Assembly: GCA_902495075.1 (NCBI GenBank)
Contig: CABUVO010000018.1
Location: 13,228 to 77,227 of the forward strand
DNA length: 64,000 nucleotides
Direction of reading: 5' to 3'
Source: an uncultured Porphyromonadaceae bacterium
Lineage (GTDB): Bacteria; Bacteroidota; Bacteroidia; Bacteroidales; Muribaculaceae
The stretch's first letter is position 1. Every line of letters starts with the position of its first letter. Under the pieces are notes generated by a model. That model had not been told where the DNA came from and made no database searches. It saw only the letters and a list, made by a program, of their open reading frames with translations. Shown piece by piece: positions 57,959-64,000 of the stretch. Position numbers and translations under genes: made by a program.

Positions 57959-59326
57959 ATGAAAAAATTCAGGAACATAATCATCGGTGTGCTCGGAACT
58001 ATAATCGTGCTTTTCGTGGTGAATATATTCTTCCTTTACGGTCTGTACGGCTCGGTAAAGGAGCAATATATCACAATGGCGAAGGAGTGTCTGATGCAGG
58101 CTGACTTTATCGAGACTGTTTACCGGGTCAAAAGAATGGACAGCACGAATCATGTCAGCGTGGTTCTCGACCTGGATGGGGAAAGACGAATGACCGAATC
58201 CGGCAAACTGACTCCGGAATTTGGAGAGGTATCAGATTCTGCATTTGCCGCAATAGCCGGAAAAGAGAAGCTTATGGGAATATACCAGTCAATACACGCT
58301 ACAATGGCATACAATATGCGCAACAGCTTACCTCAGAAATACCGTCATCCTAACCTGCAACTGCTCGACTCCATATACACTACCGAACTTCATAGAATAG
58401 GGTTATATCCGACACGGGTGTTTGTGCTCCCGGCAGATTCCGTAAACAGGAAAGAGACTCGCGGACTGTGGGAAATAGATTACACCATTTTCAAAGGATA
58501 TCCCCTAATCTATCGCGCCTATATGTCGCCCCCGTTAGGAGAGATGCTGCGTCAGACAGCGGGTATCGTGATCACGACCATGCTGATCATCGTGATGCTT
58601 GCCGTAGCTTTCGTCTATCTTATCCGCACCGTCATGAAAATGCGCTCACTGGAAGAGATGAAGGATGATTTCACCAACAATATGACCCATGAGCTGAAAA
58701 CACCCATCTCGGCTTCATATTCGGCAATCGATACATTGCTCAATTGCAACAAACATAACGATGCCTCAAAACGAGAGCGTTACCTCAAACTGGCACTCGA
58801 TCAGCTTTCAAGGCTCAGCGAACTGGTGGAAGGGATTTTGTCGATGAGCATGGAACGACGCAAATCCATGGTATTGAGCAAAGAGAGGATAGATCTGAAG
58901 CAGGTTCTCGATGATATTGCTTCGATACATTCTTTGCGCACCGAAAAGGGTGTAATCATAAATGTTTCGGTTGTTCCGGAAGAGCTTTCCGTAGAAACTG
59001 ATCCGACCCATTTCGCAAACGTCATCAACAACCTTATAGACAATGCGATAAAATATTCGGGCAGCAGCGTTACCATTGACATCCATGCCGACAGTTCCGG
59101 TATAACCATAAAAGACAACGGCAATGGTATTCCGGCAAAATCATTACCTTTGATATTCAATAAATTCTATCGTGTGCCCACCGGTAATCGTCAGGATGTG
59201 AGAGGTTACGGGATCGGTCTCTATTACGTGAAATCAATCCTGTCAAAGATGGGCTGGGATATAAAGGCGGCATCCACACTCGGAAAAGGGAGCACTTTCA
59301 CCATAAAATTCATGAATCATGAGTAA
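57959..59326 (+). CDS. Sensor histidine kinase
   Basis: Two TM segments; THELKTPIS; NLIDNAIKYS; DNGNGI; GYGIGL. Confidence 0.95.
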   Translation: MKKFRNIIIGVLGTIIVLFVVNIFFLYGLYGSVKEQYITMAKECLMQADFIETVYRVKRMDSTNHVSVVLDLDGERRMTESGKLTPEFGEVSDSAFAAIAGKEKLMGIYQSIHATMAYNMRNSLPQKYRHPNLQLLDSIYTTELHRIGLYPTRVFVLPADSVNRKETRGLWEIDYTIFKGYPLIYRAYMSPPLGEMLRQTAGIVITTMLIIVMLAVAFVYLIRTVMKMRSLEEMKDDFTNNMTHELKTPISASYSAIDTLLNCNKHNDASKRERYLKLALDQLSRLSELVEGILSMSMERRKSMVLSKERIDLKQVLDDIASIHSLRTEKGVIINVSVVPEELSVETDPTHFANVINNLIDNAIKYSGSSVTIDIHADSSGITIKDNGNGIPAKSLPLIFNKFYRVPTGNRQDVRGYGIGLYYVKSILSKMGWDIKAASTLGKGSTFTIKFMNHE

Positions 59327-60017
59327 TAAGATACTTCTTGCAGAAGATGAGGCAACATTGTCAACCATAATCTCGGAAACCCTCGAAGATGAGGGATATG
59401 AGGTAATAGCCGTAACCAATGGCGTTGACGGACTCGCAGCATTCCGGTCAGACCATCCCGATATTGTAATAGCTGACGTGATGATGCCCCGGATGGATGG
59501 GTTTGAGATGGCACGTCATATCAGAAACACCGACCCGGATGTGCCTTTGATATTCCTTACTGCCTTGTCTTCCATCTCCGATATAGAGACCGGCTTTGAT
59601 ATCGGTGCTGATGATTACCTGAAGAAGCCATTCAAGATGCGTGAGCTGATTCTCAGAATCCGCGCGCTGTTAAAACGCAGAAACGTATCTACCACCCGAG
59701 AGGATGCTCCGGAAAAGAATGAAATTCCGATCGGAGAATATATCTTTGATGCAATCGGTAACAAACTGACACGTGGATCCAATGTGATAGAACTGTCACG
59801 CATCGAGGCAATGATATTGCTGTTCCTCATAAATCATAAAGGGATGACGGTAAGATCATCGGAACTGATGGAATTTGTGTGGCAGCATGACGACTATTAT
59901 AACCGCAATTCCCTCCACGGCTATATCCACAAATTGCGAAAACATCTGCGCCACGACCCGAACGTCTCCATCATCAACCTGCGGGGCATCGGCTACCGGC
60001 TGGCAATCACGACATAA
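59319..60017 (+). CDS. OmpR/PhoB-family response regulator
   Basis: LLAEDE, DVMMPRMDG, GADDYLKKPF, wHTH ending RGIGYRL. Confidence 0.95.
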   Translation: MSNKILLAEDEATLSTIISETLEDEGYEVIAVTNGVDGLAAFRSDHPDIVIADVMMPRMDGFEMARHIRNTDPDVPLIFLTALSSISDIETGFDIGADDYLKKPFKMRELILRIRALLKRRNVSTTREDAPEKNEIPIGEYIFDAIGNKLTRGSNVIELSRIEAMILLFLINHKGMTVRSSELMEFVWQHDDYYNRNSLHGYIHKLRKHLRHDPNVSIINLRGIGYRLAITT

Positions 60018-60028
60018 ACATATAACTG

Positions 60029-60066
60029 CCGCCGCCTGTCCTCACGGACAGACGGCGGTTTCTTCA
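60029..60066 (+). terminator. Intrinsic terminator after the response regulator
   Basis: CCGCCGCCTGTCC-TCAC-GGACAGACGGCGG followed by TTTCTT. Confidence 0.7.
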
Positions 60067-60537
60067 CTATTCAAAACAACTTTACTAATATTGAGACTTA
60101 ATCGATATTTTCCTGTTCAATTTCATTATCTGATGAATTATGAATGATTTGTCCCTATTTTGCTATTTGCCTATTATTTGTCGGTTACAAAATTACTTAA
60201 TACATCTCCATCAATTGTTATATTATACTCAGTTTCTCTTACCAATTTTACTTATCCACATTTCAACCACACTATATATTGATGCGTTGTCATCAGATAA
60301 GTAAACACAAAATGGAAGAATACAAAACATCGGATGCTGTACTCAATATCAAGACAATGGCGGCTACCGAGCAGTTTGAACACGGCAGATGCTTCACGTG
60401 ATTCACTTTTGATATGAAGTGTCTTATTATTTCAAATATGGGTGCCAAATCATTCACCATTCATTAGAGGAAAGATTCAGACCTGTTTTTGAACAAATCA
60501 TATGGTTTCGCACTTGTTTCTATAGAAAGGAAACAAG

Positions 60538-61977
60538 ATGGATAGAAAAACTATATATGACAAATTCTCTAAATGGGTCGAGCTTCAACCGGAGGCGATG
60601 GCGATAGTGGAGGATGACCGCTCTGTAACCTATAAAGAATTGGATACACAAGCAAACGCCATAATGTCGAAATTCTACTCAAAACATTATTCGGCTGTAG
60701 GGGTGGTTATGAACCATGGTATCGAAATGATCGCCGCTATGCTCGCTGTGCTCAAAAGCGGAGCGGCTTATGTCCCTGCAGAACCCTCTTTGCCGCAGAA
60801 ACGGATAGATTATATGATGCGCACAGCAAGCGTAAGTTTTATAATCACTGACGAATATTGCACGGATCTTCCGGAGACACAACCGCTGTGCGACAGGTCT
60901 GTGCCGGATGGAGTTGCTTATATACTTTATACTTCAGGCACATCAGGGCGTCCGAAAGGAGTTATGGTCGAAAATCACAATGTGGTGAATTATGCCGAGG
61001 CTTTCGAACAAGAATTTCATGTAGCGCCGGGAGATGTCATGCTTCAATATTCCATCTGTTCATTCGATATCTTTGTTGAGGAGGTTTTCACTACTCTTCT
61101 TAATGGAGCAACACTCGCCATTCCTTCTAAAAATATTCATGAAGGAAGCCTCACAGAACTCATGGAGTTTTGTGAAAGACATGACGTTACGGAAATCAGT
61201 GGTTTCCCATATCTTCTTGCAGACATGAACCGTTACCATTGCTATCCGTCCAAATTACGTTTGCTGATAAGCGGCGGGGATGTGATACGGGCTTCTTATA
61301 TCTCCTGGCTGAAAGATCAAGATTTAATGATTTACAATACCTACGGACCAAGCGAGACAACCGTATGCGCAACATATTATCGTGTAGACAATGCCGAACC
61401 ACTTGACGATGGCACATATCTTATCGGTAAAGCCGTTAAAGGCGTTGAAGTAAAAATTCTTGACAAAGACCTAAATGAGGTTGGCGATGGTGAGACTGGA
61501 GAAATCTGCATTTTTGGAGAAGGTGTTTCCCGTGGTTATGTCGGTAATCCGGCGGAGCAGGCGAATTTCATCATTCTTCCGGATGGAAGGAGGATGTATC
61601 GCAGCGGTGATCTCGGTTATCGTCTTCCGGATGGCAACATAGCCTTTCTTCATCGCAAGGACCGGCAGGTGATGATTCTCGGCAAGCGTGTGGAGCCGGA
61701 AGAAGTGGAGAATGTGCTGAACGAATCGCCTTGTGTGGAGCGCGGTATTGTGCGGGCATTTATCGATGAAGAGGGACTGGCGTATCTCACAGCTTATTTT
61801 GTGCCGTCGCATAAAAACTGCCGGATAAGTCGGATAAAGAGGTTCCTGCGTTCCCGTCTTGCTGATTTCATGGTGCCTGAATTTTTTGTTAAAATGGATG
61901 AGATACCACTCACAAAACGAGGGAAGGTCAATGACCGCGTTTTACCGGTAGTGTTGAAGGAAGGAGGAGATATATGA
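60538..61977 (+). CDS. Stand-alone NRPS-type amino acid adenylation domain
   Basis: A1 VTYKEL, A2 LKSGAAYVP, A3 AYILYTSGTSGRPKG, A4 SFD, A5 NTYGPSE, A7 YRSGDL, A8 RKDRQVMILGKRVE, A10 RGK; no carrier domain. Confidence 0.92.
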   Translation: MDRKTIYDKFSKWVELQPEAMAIVEDDRSVTYKELDTQANAIMSKFYSKHYSAVGVVMNHGIEMIAAMLAVLKSGAAYVPAEPSLPQKRIDYMMRTASVSFIITDEYCTDLPETQPLCDRSVPDGVAYILYTSGTSGRPKGVMVENHNVVNYAEAFEQEFHVAPGDVMLQYSICSFDIFVEEVFTTLLNGATLAIPSKNIHEGSLTELMEFCERHDVTEISGFPYLLADMNRYHCYPSKLRLLISGGDVIRASYISWLKDQDLMIYNTYGPSETTVCATYYRVDNAEPLDDGTYLIGKAVKGVEVKILDKDLNEVGDGETGEICIFGEGVSRGYVGNPAEQANFIILPDGRRMYRSGDLGYRLPDGNIAFLHRKDRQVMILGKRVEPEEVENVLNESPCVERGIVRAFIDEEGLAYLTAYFVPSHKNCRISRIKRFLRSRLADFMVPEFFVKMDEIPLTKRGKVNDRVLPVVLKEGGDI

Positions 61978-62441
61978 AAGTGAATATGAGGGAGGTTATA
62001 GTTATCCCGACATTGATGCATTGGCGCAAGGAAGTGATTGAAAACGTGTTTGGAGTGGTGCCGTCAAAAGAGTTGATGGCAGCCAACCGTATGTATTATA
62101 TGAAACACATTGCCGATGGGTCGCATATCGCAATCGTAGCGGAAATCGATGATCAGGATGTAGGATGCGGTGCGATATGCCTGTCTGACGAACTACCATC
62201 ACCCGACAATCCTTCAGGACGTTGTGCCTATCTGATGAATATTTATGTGCGCAAGGAATATCGAGGTCATGGAGTAGGGCATTCGATTGTATGCTGGCTT
62301 GTGGAGAAAGCCCGGCAATTGGGATGCGATAAGATATATCTTGAAACAACCGATGGGGCACGTTCGTTATATAAAGACATAGGGTTTAAGGAATTGTCCG
62401 GTTTTATGAAATATGCAGACATTCAGAATAGCGAATCTTGA
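61974..62441 (+). CDS. GNAT acetyltransferase
   Basis: NIYVRKEYRGHGVG acetyl-CoA motif; ARSLYKDIGF; ATGA overlap with the A-domain gene. Confidence 0.92.
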   Translation: MKVNMREVIVIPTLMHWRKEVIENVFGVVPSKELMAANRMYYMKHIADGSHIAIVAEIDDQDVGCGAICLSDELPSPDNPSGRCAYLMNIYVRKEYRGHGVGHSIVCWLVEKARQLGCDKIYLETTDGARSLYKDIGFKELSGFMKYADIQNSES

Positions 62442-63081
62442 TATCAAGACGGTAAAGGAATCTACCGATAGGATCTGTTACGTGCTTTATCCCCTTGAAA
62501 GCCTTGGAGAATGGATAGAGGAAGCAGCGCAGAAGTTTGACGTGTCGATAGTGGCAATAACGGGTATGGACTGGGATGACGATCTCACTCCGTGGCGGGC
62601 GGAAGGACAACCGCCCGGTTGTCCGGATTTCCGGGGTAACGCACCTTCGTTTCTTTCAACACTCATTACGGAGGTGATTCCCAAGGTTGAGAATCGACTG
62701 ATGATTTCCAATAACGTGGAGCGAACATTGACAGGAGTTTCACTTTCAGGTATGTTTACATTATGGCAATGGATGATTAATGACACCTTCCACAACATAA
62801 TCAGTCTTTCCGGCTCTTTCTGGTATGACGGATTTGTAAAATGGATAAAATCGCGACCAATCCCGAAAAAGACCGGAAAAGCCTATTTCCTGCTTGGCGA
62901 TCAGGAAGCAAAGACGAGAGTCAAGGCTTTTCAACCGGTACAGACCGATACGATAGAGATTGTGAACTACCTGCACGCCCATGGCATCAACGATATTTTC
63001 GAGTTAGTGCCCGGCAACCATTACCAATACGGCGAGCAGCGCCTAAACCGCGCCTTCACCTGGATGTTCGGCAAATATTGA
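62413..63081 (+). CDS. Alpha/beta-hydrolase (esterase, IroE/Fes-like)
   Basis: GVSLSG nucleophile elbow; SGSFW; LGDQE; PGNH. Confidence 0.85.
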   Translation: MQTFRIANLDIKTVKESTDRICYVLYPLESLGEWIEEAAQKFDVSIVAITGMDWDDDLTPWRAEGQPPGCPDFRGNAPSFLSTLITEVIPKVENRLMISNNVERTLTGVSLSGMFTLWQWMINDTFHNIISLSGSFWYDGFVKWIKSRPIPKKTGKAYFLLGDQEAKTRVKAFQPVQTDTIEIVNYLHAHGINDIFELVPGNHYQYGEQRLNRAFTWMFGKY

Positions 63082-63090
63082 TATCTTTCT

Positions 63091-63999
63091 TTATCGGGTC
63101 GGGTGGGTTCTCCGAATTGTGCCGTCGGTGTTGAAGCTCATGCGGTCGATGCAGACCTGGCGATGGATGCCTGGATTATCAGTCAGGAATTGTTTGTCGA
63201 TACGATGATAGACAATGCGCCATACATCCGTGCCGGGGATGTTGATCACCGAACAATGCCCTGTGCCATAAATCTCTTTATCCGGATCTTGAATGAGTAT
63301 GACAGGATCTTCCGCTATTTTGATTTTTCCTAAAGGAGTGTCAGCAGTGCCGTAGGCTATGTGATAATTGGGCGAGCCGGTGTCATCAACCGACCATAGG
63401 AAATAATAGCGTCCGTCCCGATAAAAGACGTACGGAGCTTCACGGTAGGCGTAGTCCTGAAGTGTGCCGCCTTTGGGAGTCATGACCGTTATCGTGTTTT
63501 CCTTAATTGAGGTCATGTCTTCGTTAAGTTCCGCCCCTGCCATATATCCGTTACCCCAGTAAAGATAATATTTCTTGGAGACGGGATCCTGAAAGACATC
63601 GACATCGATTTGCTGTCCACGCCCTGTGGGACTGTCTACGACAATCGGCTTGCCGTAGTCATGAAACGGACCGACAGGATTGTCGGCAATCGCTACACCT
63701 ATAGCCTTGCGATCCTGTTTCGGGTAATGTCCGCTGTAATAAAGAAAATATTTATACGTGCCGTCATCATATTTTCGCTCAATTATGGCTGGCGCCCATG
63801 CATTACCGGTAGACCATGCCACCTGCGGACCTTTAAGGTCAAGAACAATACCGTCGTCTTTCCAGTCTGCCAGATTATTTGAGGAGAATACTTTAAAATA
63901 ATGACCGCCCCAGCCTGGAGTGCCGTCGGTAGTGGAATAGATATAATATCTGCCGGTCTGTTCCGAAAAAAGAATCTCGGGATCGGCATGATATTCAGG
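63091..63999 (-). CDS. GH43 glycoside hydrolase, 5'-truncated by the window edge
   Basis: Frame open to the edge: HADPE (base), AWAP, QIDVDVF, YREAP (acid), GTGHCS, IVYHR. Confidence 0.9.
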   Translation of the reverse strand, partial: PEYHADPEILFSEQTGRYYIYSTTDGTPGWGGHYFKVFSSNNLADWKDDGIVLDLKGPQVAWSTGNAWAPAIIERKYDDGTYKYFLYYSGHYPKQDRKAIGVAIADNPVGPFHDYGKPIVVDSPTGRGQQIDVDVFQDPVSKKYYLYWGNGYMAGAELNEDMTSIKENTITVMTPKGGTLQDYAYREAPYVFYRDGRYYFLWSVDDTGSPNYHIAYGTADTPLGKIKIAEDPVILIQDPDKEIYGTGHCSVINIPGTDVWRIVYHRIDKQFLTDNPGIHRQVCIDRMSFNTDGTIRRTHPTR

Positions 64000-64000
64000 A

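Noticed and set aside
60312..60401. 29-aa ORF MEEYKTSDAVLNIKT... as precursor peptide or YhcG-like remnant
   Set aside because: Too short and without a recognisable motif; cannot be supported without a search.
1..64000. tRNA or rRNA genes
   Set aside because: No cloverleaf or rRNA-conserved sequence recognised in any intergenic region.

Overview
Bacteroidales chromosomal DNA, most likely a T9SS-positive gut lineage such as Muribaculaceae or Prevotellaceae (inferred from SusC/SusD pairs, TAnnTTTG promoters, T9SS-type C-terminal domains and type V pilins). In order, the window holds: the 3' end of an S8 protease; a LytS/LytTR two-component pair; a decayed RelE-XRE toxin-antitoxin module with three copies of a 19-bp palindrome; a ~7.2-kb five-gene operon (DUF4384 protein, hypothetical, transglutaminase-like Cys-His-Asp protein, beta-helix protein, signal-peptide caspase) bounded by 31-bp direct repeats and apparently switched at a G8 tract; a TolC-MacA-MacB efflux operon with TTAGGNN heptamer arrays; an intact RelE-XRE module between two copies of a conserved hairpin; a ~30-kb HTCS-regulated alpha-mannoside PUL (tandem SusC/D, two GH92, GH39-like, a catalytically dead M6 protease, a T9SS CBM-like protein) with a mannose catabolism block; an AAA-ATPase remnant; a type V pilus cluster; a Ser-type sulfatase; an outer-membrane barrel with an OmpR-type TCS; a stand-alone adenylation domain-GNAT-hydrolase operon; and the 3' part of a GH43 gene. 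No rRNA, tRNA, CRISPR array, integrase, transposase or reverse transcriptase was recognised. The best candidates for an undescribed system are the possibly phase-variable exported caspase/transglutaminase cassette and the carrier-less, lysine-like adenylation operon. All calls come from reading motifs by eye; no database search or computation was run.
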